A stretch of DNA of 64,000 nt, from NCBI GenBank assembly GCA_963771175.1, contig CAVYSY010000033.1:256001-320000 (forward strand), given 5' to 3'. Each line of letters starts with the position of its first letter. Position 1 is the stretch's first letter. Position numbers and translations under genes: made by a program. Under the pieces are notes generated by a model. That model worked only from the letters and a program-made list of their open reading frames with translations. It did no database searches and had not been told where the DNA came from. Shown in pieces: positions 1-8,902 of the stretch. Source of the DNA: an uncultured delta proteobacterium (GTDB lineage Bacteria; Myxococcota; Myxococcia; Myxococcales; Myxococcaceae).

Positions 1-536
1 CACCCGCCAGGACCTGGACGTGGCCGCGATCTGGATCGGTCAGTTCCAGGAGAGCGCGATCTGCGGCGCGTGCGTGGAGATCGAAGGGCCGAAGGGCAGC
101 CTGCGCGTGCGCATCGTGGACTCCTGCCCCGACTGCACCACGCCTGGCCACCTGGATCTCAGCCCGAAGGCGTTCGAGAAGCTCGCCCCCCTCGCCCGAA
201 GGTCGCGTGAAGGTGCGCTGGCGCATGGTGACCTGCGACGTGCAGGGCCCGCTGCGCTACCGCTTCAAGGAAGGCAGCAGCCAGTGGTGGACCGGCATCC
301 AGGTGTTCAACCACCGCATCCCCGTGACGAAGCTCGAGTACTGGAAGAACGGCGCCTGGGTGGCGGTGAAGCGCGAGAGCTACAACTACTTCGTCGAGCC
401 CAACGGAATGGGCGAAGGCCAGATCAAGGTGCGGGTGACGGCCATGGATGGGCAGACGCTGGAGGACACCCTCCCCGGGGCGGTCGCCGACAACAGCAAG
501 ATTTTCGACGGGGCCGCACAGTTCAAGTCCAACTGA
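1..536 (+). CDS. Bacterial expansin (EXLX1/YoaJ-like): DPBB + CBM63; 5'-partial, one frameshift near 195
   Basis: CGACVEIEGPKG...IVDSCPDC...HLDLSPKAF (ORF 20..544) continues in another frame as WRMVTC...YRFKEGSSQWW...RESYNYF (ORF 207..536); frame open to window start. Confidence 0.85.
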   Translation, partial: PARTWTWPRSGSVSSRRARSAARAWRSKGRRAACACASWTPAPTAPRLATWISARRRSRSSPPSPEGRVKVRWRMVTCDVQGPLRYRFKEGSSQWWTGIQVFNHRIPVTKLEYWKNGAWVAVKRESYNYFVEPNGMGEGQIKVRVTAMDGQTLEDTLPGAVADNSKIFDGAAQFKSN

Positions 537-556
537 AAACGTGAAAGAGTCGAGCC

Positions 557-3136
557 ATGGGAGCAGTCGAGTCGGGGACCATGGCTTCACCCATTGCGAA
601 GCGCCGTCTGGAGCTGGCGACCCAGTTCCACGGCCGCGTGGGCGAACTGTTGCGCTTGGAGCCCGGCAGGCTGCGCTTCTCGCTGGGCGTGTCGCTGGCG
701 GACCTCCGTCTCCCCTTCCACGTCACCCCGGAGGCCGCGGCGCTCTTCCCGCAGGGGGCACGCCAGCTCGCGATGATGCTGCTGTCGCGGCACCGGGAGC
801 TGGTCGGCACGGGCGAGTTCGACCGCTTCCTCCTGGTGGAGGAGTACTCCACCCTGCCCGCGCTGCCTCCGACGCTGTCGCCCGCCTCGGGAGGCCCGCT
901 CACACGCGCGACCGCGGACCTGGCGACGCTCGCCCACCCGCTGCTGACCGGCGGAGTGATGGCCGCCTGGCTGGGACCGGGAGGTGGAGGCCGCTCGCTG
1001 GTGGCCCTGGTCATCGAGCTGCTGCGACGCGCCTTCGCGGAGATGAAGGAGTCGCGCGGGCGCGAGGAGACGCCGGCCCTGGTGGCGCTGATGCTGTCCT
1101 CGCAGCTCCCCAGCGTGGAGGTGGCCCTGCGCGCGTTGGAGCTACCGCCCTCGGTGCAGCGCCAGCTCCTCACGGCCGCGTCCACGGGCCTGTACCTCGC
1201 CCTGCGCCTGGGAGTGGACAGCGCGCTGCGAGAGGCCCAGCCCTCCGAGGATCTCTCCACGCGCATCGAGTCGGCGCTGGGGCCCATGGGGGTGATGGGC
1301 GGCACGAAACCGCTGCTGACCGGTGGCTCCACGCTCTACGGCTGTGAGCTGCTGGCTGGAGTCCCCGACGCGGAGAAGCTGGTGGCCCAGTACCCTGGCG
1401 GCCTGCCGGTGGACGCGGTGCGGGCCACGCTGGAGCAGGCGATCGCGAGCGACGACGCGGTGGCCCGCCGGGCCGAGCTGGCGGTGGGACTGGGAGTCCT
1501 GCGCGAAAGCCTGGTGAACGCGGTACGGCTGGGCGAGGGCGGTGCCTACAAGTCGGCCCTGACGCAGCACCTGCGGGAGCTCGCCATGCGCCCCGCCGCG
1601 CTGACGGCCTTCCTCGCCGAGGACAAGTCGCGCAAGCAGATGGCGAAGGATTTGAGGGCCTACGCGGAGACGCTGAAGGGCCCCGCGGCCGAGGCGCTGC
1701 TCGGCCTCGCCCATGGCTTCAAGGAGTACACGACCCGGGAGCCAGCCGCCGCCGCCGGACTCTCTCGCATGGGAGCCCACGCCCGCTACGCCGAGGTCGC
1801 CACCGCCTTCGTCTGTGACTTGTGGATGGAGCGCTCGCTGTTTCCGCTGCGGCGCATGCTGTACCCGCGCACCGGCGACGAGGCGGAGGGCGGGCTGGAG
1901 GCGGAGTACCAGACCGGGCGGCTCTACAAGCTCTCCACGCGCCCCGAGCCCCTGCTGCGCTCGGCGGTGAGCGCGCCCGTGGCGCACCTGTTCGTGGACG
2001 TGAAGGACTTCACCCGGCGCACGCAGCTCCTCGGCGGGGCGGCGATGGCGGACTTCCTCCGGCGGGAGTTCTACCTGCCCATCCTCGCCTCGGCGAAGGC
2101 GCACTACGGGGGCATGGTGCAGCTCGCGGACAGGGGTGGCGTCTCGGTCAACAACCTGCTGGGGGACGCGCTCTCGCTGTGCGGGACGGTGGACCGGCTG
2201 GTGGAGCTCGCGAGGGACATCCGGAGCCACCTGGTGGCCTACGAGAAGCGCCTGGCCCAGACCATCTCCCGCGAGCAGGTGGAAGCGGCGCTGAAGGCCA
2301 TCGAGGAAGAGTACGAGCGCAAGCTGAAGACGGCCCGCCCCGGCCTGAGGCCCCTCCTCCTGCGCGAGAAGGAGTCGGCCCTGGCGCGCGGCCGGGGCGA
2401 GGGACTGGAAGCGGGCGTGTTCCTCTCCTTCGGTCCGGCGCCGCTGATCATCACGCTGAATGACGACGTGTTCGGCCACTCCAAGGTGGCGATCGCGGAC
2501 CGTATCAACGAGAGCGCCCGAGGCACGGCCCGCTCCGGGGCGGCGCGAGCGAAGGCGGACGCCCAGCTCGCGCAAGAGCGGCAGCGGCGGAGCAATCCCT
2601 CGCTGGAGCATCCCTGGCTGGTGTTCGTGGGCGCGCCGCTATCCGTGCAGGTCCCCTACGCGGCCGAGGCCGAGGCGCGCGCGGCGCTGAAGGCGGGCGA
2701 CACGGCGGCGGCGATGCGGGCGCTGGAGCAGGCGGTGCGCGATGCGTTGGAGGACGCCGCGAAGCACGGGGAGGACGGCCCGGGAGACATCTACAACTCG
2801 GGCGTCGCGCTCTCCGAGGAGACGCTGCTGGCCTACCAGGAGGCGGTGGGAGACAAGCGGTTCTTCTGCCAGCTCCAGGTGGCGCCGGAGACGCTGCACC
2901 CGAGCATCCAGGAGCGCTACTTCTTCCCGCCCGAGCCCCTGCGGCTGACGGTGGGCTTCCACCCGACCGGCGAGCTGGCGGAGGTGTTCCGCTTCGCCGG
3001 CCGGGTGATGTTCAAGGGACTGGAGAGGAAGGGCGGGCTCGGAGTCTGGGAGCTGGTGGACCAGCACGGCGTGGGCCAGCTCTTCGCACGGCACCACGCC
3101 TCGGAGTGGCTCCGGGCCCGCTGGATGGAGTCCTGA
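557..3136 (+). CDS. Large protein with divergent class III nucleotide cyclase-like domain
   Basis: 859-aa ORF; HLFVDVKDFT, NNLLGDAL and ADRINESAR match the order of class III cyclase motifs; N-terminal ~470 aa unrecognised. Confidence 0.55.
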   Translation: MGAVESGTMASPIAKRRLELATQFHGRVGELLRLEPGRLRFSLGVSLADLRLPFHVTPEAAALFPQGARQLAMMLLSRHRELVGTGEFDRFLLVEEYSTLPALPPTLSPASGGPLTRATADLATLAHPLLTGGVMAAWLGPGGGGRSLVALVIELLRRAFAEMKESRGREETPALVALMLSSQLPSVEVALRALELPPSVQRQLLTAASTGLYLALRLGVDSALREAQPSEDLSTRIESALGPMGVMGGTKPLLTGGSTLYGCELLAGVPDAEKLVAQYPGGLPVDAVRATLEQAIASDDAVARRAELAVGLGVLRESLVNAVRLGEGGAYKSALTQHLRELAMRPAALTAFLAEDKSRKQMAKDLRAYAETLKGPAAEALLGLAHGFKEYTTREPAAAAGLSRMGAHARYAEVATAFVCDLWMERSLFPLRRMLYPRTGDEAEGGLEAEYQTGRLYKLSTRPEPLLRSAVSAPVAHLFVDVKDFTRRTQLLGGAAMADFLRREFYLPILASAKAHYGGMVQLADRGGVSVNNLLGDALSLCGTVDRLVELARDIRSHLVAYEKRLAQTISREQVEAALKAIEEEYERKLKTARPGLRPLLLREKESALARGRGEGLEAGVFLSFGPAPLIITLNDDVFGHSKVAIADRINESARGTARSGAARAKADAQLAQERQRRSNPSLEHPWLVFVGAPLSVQVPYAAEAEARAALKAGDTAAAMRALEQAVRDALEDAAKHGEDGPGDIYNSGVALSEETLLAYQEAVGDKRFFCQLQVAPETLHPSIQERYFFPPEPLRLTVGFHPTGELAEVFRFAGRVMFKGLERKGGLGVWELVDQHGVGQLFARHHASEWLRARWMES

Positions 3137-4087
3137 CTACAGGCGCTGGAGGGCGAAGCTCGAGCGGATCTTCGTGCCGCCCATGCCGCCCATGGACTGG
3201 TCAATGGTCTGGGTGCCCTCGATGCGGACGAGCCGGCCGGCGGCCACGTCGAAACCGCCGGTGACGTCGAGGTCCACCTTCATGCCCTCGGCCTGGGCCT
3301 CGGTGGGAACCTCGGCCTTCTGGGCCACGACGGTGCGGAGCTGCACGAGGCTGTCCTCCATGGCGGCGAGGGTCGTCCTCATGGCGCCCATGGGGGAGGT
3401 CACCTCGTAGCTGCCGCCCGGAGAGAGGTCTCCCTCGGGGAGCACCATCATCTCGAAGATGTGCTTCGGGAGGACGTCGACGGAGGGGTCCTCCTCCTTC
3501 ACCTGGACCGCCTTGAGCGCCGGAGGGACCTTCTTCTCGTCCATGGCGAGGGAGACGGAGCCGGTCTTCGGATCCACCGCGGCCACCACGCTGACGCGCG
3601 TGTCGCCCGCCGTCAGCGTGGCGGGCACCCCCACCACGGTGCGGCCTTCCTGCAGGTAGACCGTCACCATCCGGTAGAACTTCGCGTGGCCCTTGCGGTC
3701 CACCTCGGCCTTCACCTTCTTGGCGGCGGCGGGAATCTTGTCGAGGGCGGTGACGCGCTTGTCGCCGCTGATCAGGGCCATCTTCTCCAGGGTCAGCTCC
3801 ACCTCGGCGGAGCCGTCCGGCCGCACCGCGAGCACCTTCTGGCTGAAGGTGGACTGGAGCTTCATGCGGACGTTCATGCCAGCGGCGCCCATGTTCATGC
3901 CGGGCATCTGCATGCCGCCCATGTCGGCGCCCATGCCGGGCATCTTCATCTCGATGGTCGAGTCATCCTCATACTGGAAGCGGTGAACGTCGCCCTTCTT
4001 CCACGTGTAGTTCAGCTCCACGGCGGAAGCGGAGCCGGAGGCGAGCAGGGCCAGGACGGCCGCGAGACTGCGAGAACCATGACGCAT
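3137..4087 (-). CDS. Secreted hypothetical protein
   Basis: Start MRHGSRSLAAVLALLASGSASA (signal peptide); Met/Gly-rich insert; beta-rich body. Confidence 0.7.
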   Translation of the reverse strand: MRHGSRSLAAVLALLASGSASAVELNYTWKKGDVHRFQYEDDSTIEMKMPGMGADMGGMQMPGMNMGAAGMNVRMKLQSTFSQKVLAVRPDGSAEVELTLEKMALISGDKRVTALDKIPAAAKKVKAEVDRKGHAKFYRMVTVYLQEGRTVVGVPATLTAGDTRVSVVAAVDPKTGSVSLAMDEKKVPPALKAVQVKEEDPSVDVLPKHIFEMMVLPEGDLSPGGSYEVTSPMGAMRTTLAAMEDSLVQLRTVVAQKAEVPTEAQAEGMKVDLDVTGGFDVAAGRLVRIEGTQTIDQSMGGMGGTKIRSSFALQRL

Positions 4088-4213
4088 GAGGATTCCCCCT
4101 CCCAGGGGAAGACGGAGAGCCAGGTGCCCCCCGCCACATTCAGGACTGCCAGGTACGGCGCTCCAGACGACGCCCCGCCGGAAATATTCCGCGCGCTGGC
4201 CTAGACTGGGGCC

Positions 4214-5011
4214 GTGACGGACGCGACCGACACCCTCCTCGACGGCACCCACACCGTGCTCACCCCCGAGTACGTGGAGTTCCGCTTCACGCTCGCGGGC
4301 ATCTACTCGCGCTTCCTGGCGTTGCTGCTGGACACGCTCCTCATCCTCTTCGGCACGGGCATGGTGCTCACCGGGCTCCAGCTCGTGATGCTCGCCTTCC
4401 CCGGCTTCGGCAGCGCGCTGGCCATCGTCGTCTACTTCCTGGTGGACTGGGGCTACGGCATCGTCCTGGAGACGGCCTGGAGCGGGCAGACGGTGGGCAA
4501 GCGGGTGATGGGCCTGCGCGTCATCCAGCAGAGCGGCGTGCGCATCGGCTTCTACCACGCGGCGCTGCGCAACCTGGCGCGGCCGGTGGACAAGCTGCCC
4601 ATCCTCTACATGGTGGGTGGGGTGACGGCGCTGCTGTCCGGCTCACACCAGCGGCTGGGGGACATGCTCGCGGGCACCATCGTGGTGCGCGAGCGCCGCC
4701 TCAAGGCCCCCTCGGCCATTGGCGTCCCGGCCGGCGAGGGACTGCTGGCGGATCCGCTCTTCGTCTCGCGGGTGAAGCGGCTGAGCGCCGAGGCCCGGGA
4801 GCTGGTGCTCTCCGCGGCCCTGCGGCGCGAGGAGCTGCGGATGGAGGCCCGCCTGCGCCTCTTCTCCGCGCTGGGCACGAAGCTGCAGGAGCTGCTGGAC
4901 ATGGAGAAGCCGGCCCACCTCTCGGACGAGAAGTGGGCCCTGCTGGTGGCCGCGGCCCTGCTGCCCTCCCCCGGCGCGAAGACCGGGGGACGGGCGCGCG
5001 CGGTGGCCTAG
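4214..5011 (+). CDS. RDD family membrane protein
   Basis: TPEYV...LAGIYSRFLALLLD, GQTVGKRVMGLRV, QRLGDMLAGTIVV. Confidence 0.9.
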   Translation: MTDATDTLLDGTHTVLTPEYVEFRFTLAGIYSRFLALLLDTLLILFGTGMVLTGLQLVMLAFPGFGSALAIVVYFLVDWGYGIVLETAWSGQTVGKRVMGLRVIQQSGVRIGFYHAALRNLARPVDKLPILYMVGGVTALLSGSHQRLGDMLAGTIVVRERRLKAPSAIGVPAGEGLLADPLFVSRVKRLSAEARELVLSAALRREELRMEARLRLFSALGTKLQELLDMEKPAHLSDEKWALLVAAALLPSPGAKTGGRARAVA

Positions 5012-5523
5012 AAGTAGACGGCCGTGCCCGCGGACAGGATGAGCGAGGTCTGCACATCCTCCGACAGCGATACGTAGGCGTTGTACTGCGCCCGCGCCCC
5101 GACACTGATGGAGTCCGACACGAAGAACTCGACGCCCGCGTTGGGCCCCACGCCCACGAAGTTCGAGTCCCCCTGCGGCTTGAAGACGTGCAGGTAGCTC
5201 AGGTCCGCGCCCACATAGGGACGGATGGACTCTTCCAGGAAGAGGTAGCGGATGCCGAGCGACGGGGCCAGGCCCACCACCCGGTTGCCGGTGATGGGAT
5301 CCTTCGGGAAGGAAATCTTCGTCAGCGAGACGACCTCGAAGCCGCTCTCGATGTAGAGGGTGGCGTCGAAGCCGAGGAACGCGGTGCTGTTGAGGCTGGC
5401 CGTGCCGTTGAAGTTCATATAACCCGCCGACAGGCCGAGGCTGCGGTTGGCGAACTGGGCGTGGGCGGGAGCGGCCGCGAAGAGGGCTACCGAAATACCG
5501 AGGGCGTAGAGAAACGAGCGCAT
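5008..5523 (-). CDS. Small outer-membrane beta-barrel protein
   Basis: Signal peptide ...APAHA|Q, amphipathic strands (IRPYVGADLSY), C-terminal YF. Confidence 0.8.
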   Translation of the reverse strand: MRSFLYALGISVALFAAAPAHAQFANRSLGLSAGYMNFNGTASLNSTAFLGFDATLYIESGFEVVSLTKISFPKDPITGNRVVGLAPSLGIRYLFLEESIRPYVGADLSYLHVFKPQGDSNFVGVGPNAGVEFFVSDSISVGARAQYNAYVSLSEDVQTSLILSAGTAVYF

Positions 5524-5638
5524 GGCCCCGGACTCTAGCGCCCCTGACGTGGGGGCTAAACCCCCGAAACCGCGAGCCTTCCTCCGACACGGGGGGCGTT
5601 GATCCGGGAGGGGGGCCTCTCCTACACTCCCCCCCGTC

Positions 5639-6694
5639 ATGCCCTCCCTTCGCTCCGCGCTCGTCATCCCCCTGCTCCTGGCCGCCGGCTGCATCAAGAC
5701 GCCGCCCCCGTCCGATCGGGCCCTCGTCAACAACGAGCTGTGCACCCAGCAGCTCGCCGCCGGAGACCTCAAGCAGGCCGAGGTCTACTGCGACCTGGGC
5801 CTCGAGTTCGCCCCGCAGTACGCGGACCTGTGGGTGAACAAGGGCCTCATCTCCATGTACGCCGGCGACAAGAGCAAGGCCAAGGAGCACTTCATCAAGG
5901 CCATCCGCTTCAACCAGGAGCACGCCGCCGCCTACATGAACCTCGGCAAGCTGTACCTGGATGAGCATGCGTTCGGGAAGGCGCACGACAGCTTCCAGCG
6001 CGCACTCAAGGTGAACCCGGACTACATCGAGGCCCGGTACAACCTGGGGCTCACCTTCATCAACCTGAACAAGCTGGAGAGGGCGGAGAAGGAGTTCCTC
6101 ACCCTGCTGGTCATCAACCCCAACCTCGCCGAGGTCCACCACGACCTGGGCATCGTCCGCTACCGCCAGGATCGCAAGGAAGAGGCGACGGAGGAGATGA
6201 ACAAGGCCGTCCAGCTCGCCCCCAACCTGAGCGCGGACTGGTGGAACGATCTGGGCGCGGTGCTGATGGAGCTCAGCCGCTTCGATGAAGCCAAGCAGGC
6301 CTTCGGGAGCTGCGTGGCCCTCAACGACAAGCACCCGCAGTGCCTCAGCAACCTGAGCATCTCCCAGCGCAAGGGGGCCCTCACGGACCAGGCGCTCAAG
6401 AACTACCGCGACACGCAGAAGGCGCAGAACGACCCCGCCGCCCTCTTCGAGCTCGCGCGCCAGTACAAGGAGAAGGGGCTGGTGTCCGAGGAGACGCGCG
6501 CCTACAAGGACTGCCTCAAGCTGGACGGCAAGTTCGCCCCCTGCCACTACGGCCTCTTCCAGGTGTACTCGGACGGCCACCAGCGCGAGGCGGCCCAGGT
6601 GGCCTGCAAGAACTTCCTCAAGTACGGCTCGGTGGAGGAGTTCCCCTCCGAGATGGAGACGTGTGAGAAGTTCCTCAGCGCGCAGTCGTACTAA
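5639..6694 (+). CDS. TPR lipoprotein (Tgl/PilF pilotin-like)
   Basis: Lipobox LAAG|C; many TPR repeats (AYMNLGKLY, ARYNLGLTF); paired Cys. Confidence 0.8.
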   Translation: MPSLRSALVIPLLLAAGCIKTPPPSDRALVNNELCTQQLAAGDLKQAEVYCDLGLEFAPQYADLWVNKGLISMYAGDKSKAKEHFIKAIRFNQEHAAAYMNLGKLYLDEHAFGKAHDSFQRALKVNPDYIEARYNLGLTFINLNKLERAEKEFLTLLVINPNLAEVHHDLGIVRYRQDRKEEATEEMNKAVQLAPNLSADWWNDLGAVLMELSRFDEAKQAFGSCVALNDKHPQCLSNLSISQRKGALTDQALKNYRDTQKAQNDPAALFELARQYKEKGLVSEETRAYKDCLKLDGKFAPCHYGLFQVYSDGHQREAAQVACKNFLKYGSVEEFPSEMETCEKFLSAQSY

Positions 6695-6724
6695 CGCCAG
6701 CCCTCGAACTCCCCCGCCATCGCG

Positions 6725-7846
6725 ATGAGCGTCAGGCTTACCGTCAAGCAGAGCAGTGAGGCCGGAGGCAAGGCCACCGAGCACGTCCTGGACGATGCCG
6801 TCATCACCCTGGGCCGCGACAAGAGCTGCCAGGTGGTGCTGGCGCAGCAGGCCGTATCGCGCAACCACGCGCGCATCACCCAGGAGGGCAACCTCTTCTT
6901 CCTGGAGGACCTGGGCAGTGCCTATGGCACCCAGGTGAACGGCAAGCCGCTGCCCAAGGGAGAGAAGCGGCTGCTGCGCAATGGCGACGTCATCGTCATC
7001 GCCCAGTTCGACGTCCGCTTCGACAAGGTGGCGGACCTGCCGCACGACGTGGAGTCGCAGAAGACGTCCTTCGTCGCCCGCAACATGGTGAAGGACGTGA
7101 TGCGGGGACTGTCGGGCGGCGAGGAGCGCTACCTCCGGGTGATGAACGGCCCGCGCGAGGGCGAGCGCCTCGAGATCACCGACGCGCAGGAGTTCGTCAT
7201 CGGCCGGGACGACTCGGCGGACGTCATCTTCCGGGACGATCTCATCTCCCGCCGCCACGTGAAGGTGCGGCGCGACTGGTCCGGAACGCACGTGGAGGAC
7301 CTGGGCAGCCGCAACGGCATCAAGGTCAACCGCAAGCGGACCAGCCACAAGACGCTCCGCGACGGCGACGAGTTGGAAGTGGGTGGCGTGCGGTTCGTCT
7401 ACATCTGTCCGTCCGAGGCGCCCGAGGAGCAGGCCGAGAACCTCTCCAGCCTGAGCCCGGCAGCGCCAAGCACGAAGGAGGAAGGCGGCTCGACGCAGGC
7501 GCTGCCAGCAGTGCGAGAGCGCACGCCGCCCAAGCGTAGCTCCACCGCGATGGACAAGTCCGCGAGTCAGGCGGAGCCGGCGGAGGCCGCTGAGGAGCCC
7601 GCCACCCGCGAGGCCGCCGAGGAGCCCGCGGCGGAGCCGGAGGAGCAGCAGGCCGCCCAGGAGGAGCCTCCCGAGGAGGAGCTGGAGCAGAAGAGCTCGC
7701 CCAGGCAGCCGGCCTCCCGCAACGAGCCCGCCGATGATGCGGCGGCGGCGGTGAAGGACCCCAAGCGGCTCATCCCGCTGGTGGTGCTGGGCGTCATCGG
7801 TCTGGCGGCAGTGGGCGTGCTGATCGCCCTGTTCATGGGCGTCTGA
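6725..7846 (+). CDS. Double FHA-domain protein with C-terminal TM helix (SctD cytoplasmic domain-like)
   Basis: Two FHA motifs (LGRD...VSRNHA...DLGSAYGT; IGRD...ISRRH...DLGSRNG), acidic linker, terminal hydrophobic helix. Confidence 0.85.
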   Translation: MSVRLTVKQSSEAGGKATEHVLDDAVITLGRDKSCQVVLAQQAVSRNHARITQEGNLFFLEDLGSAYGTQVNGKPLPKGEKRLLRNGDVIVIAQFDVRFDKVADLPHDVESQKTSFVARNMVKDVMRGLSGGEERYLRVMNGPREGERLEITDAQEFVIGRDDSADVIFRDDLISRRHVKVRRDWSGTHVEDLGSRNGIKVNRKRTSHKTLRDGDELEVGGVRFVYICPSEAPEEQAENLSSLSPAAPSTKEEGGSTQALPAVRERTPPKRSSTAMDKSASQAEPAEAAEEPATREAAEEPAAEPEEQQAAQEEPPEEELEQKSSPRQPASRNEPADDAAAAVKDPKRLIPLVVLGVIGLAAVGVLIALFMGV

Positions 7847-7866
7847 GCCTCGACCCCCGTCCAGGC

Positions 7867-7899
7867 CTCCTCCCGGCCGCGAACACCCGCCGGGAGGAG
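7867..7899. terminator. Hairpin between convergent genes
   Basis: CTCCTCCCGGC ... GCCGGGAGGAG 11-bp inverted repeat. Confidence 0.55.
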
Positions 7900-7912
7900 T
7901 GCCGTCCCTGAC

Positions 7913-8767
7913 TCAGCGGTTGAGGACGAGGTAGACGGGCGTGCTCATCAGGCCGCTCTCGTAGCTGTATTCGGAGGAGGTACCGAACGACACCGTCGCC
8001 GAGGTCCCCTGCTGGCTGAAGGACCCCACCAGGAGCTGCTCCCGCGCCCCGCTCGGAGTGACGCGCTCGGCGGTCACCTGGTACACGCCCACGGGGATAT
8101 CGAGCGCGTAATGGGAGTCGTAGCCAGACTTCACCGTGAACGAGCGCTCCAGCGTCTGGCCGGTGCTGCCGTCGATGAGCGGAGCGGTCGGCACGAGGGA
8201 GACGATCACCTCGTCACCGGCGTCCATGCGCGCGTCGTAGATGCTGCCCGTCCCGTTGAGGAACTCCAGGGTGCCACCGAAGTAACCGGCGGAGCCGTCC
8301 GCCACGCGGTCCGGGATGCGCCCGGAGAGCTGCCACCGGAAGTTGCGCACCGCGCCCTGCTTGGGGTCGAAGTAGTCGTAGTCGACGGGGTTGGGCATCC
8401 CCATCCGCAGCTTGTAGCCCTTGCCCTGGTAGTTCACATCGGCCCAGGCAATCGCCTTGAAGCCGCCAATGGTGAGCTCCGGCGAGACGTAGCGCCCGTT
8501 GGTGTCGGTGGTGACGTCGTAATAGCCGAAGTCGTTCTCGATCCGGACCTTGGCGCCCGCGATGGGCCTGCCCTGCGTGTCCTGGACGACGCCAGTCACC
8601 TTGCCCGCCTGGGCCTCCGTCCCGGTTCCCGTGCCCGTCCCGGTTCCCGTGCCCGTACCAGTTCCCGTTCCCGTCCCGGAGTCACCTTCGCATCCCCCCA
8701 GGCACAAGCACGCACCGAGGTGGCTGGCCAGCGCCAACACCACCAGGAAATCCTTGCGCATCTGCAT
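7913..8767 (-). CDS. Putative lipoprotein with carboxypeptidase regulatory-like domain
   Basis: LGG|C lipobox-like, (GT)10 linker, VTGVVQDTQGRPIAGAKV...TTDTNGRY. Confidence 0.7.
   Translation of the reverse strand: MQMRKDFLVVLALASHLGACLCLGGCEGDSGTGTGTGTGTGTGTGTGTGTEAQAGKVTGVVQDTQGRPIAGAKVRIENDFGYYDVTTDTNGRYVSPELTIGGFKAIAWADVNYQGKGYKLRMGMPNPVDYDYFDPKQGAVRNFRWQLSGRIPDRVADGSAGYFGGTLEFLNGTGSIYDARMDAGDEVIVSLVPTAPLIDGSTGQTLERSFTVKSGYDSHYALDIPVGVYQVTAERVTPSGAREQLLVGSFSQQGTSATVSFGTSSEYSYESGLMSTPVYLVLNR
8618..8677 (-). repeat. Hexamer tandem repeat encoding (Gly-Thr)10
   Basis: Ten GGN-ACN units with synonymous variation. Confidence 0.9.
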
Positions 8768-8902
8768 CTCCTCCTGCCGTGCACCTCACGGCGTGCCCCC
8801 TACCATTTGGGAAGCGGGAGCGCGGGTCAAGCGCAACGGGCCGACAGCCCCGCGAGGATTCGCGGTGATGTCGGCCCGTGAAGGCAAAGCGAGGAGGCGA
8901 GC

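Noticed and set aside
557..3136. Cyclase as a Pycsar/CBASS defence system
   Set aside because: No adjacent cNMP-binding, TIR or similar effector gene and no defence-island context.
4643..7348. Long antisense ORFs (also 9071..11047, 19857..22523, 37951..40065)
   Set aside because: Typical high-GC shadow frames opposite well-supported genes.
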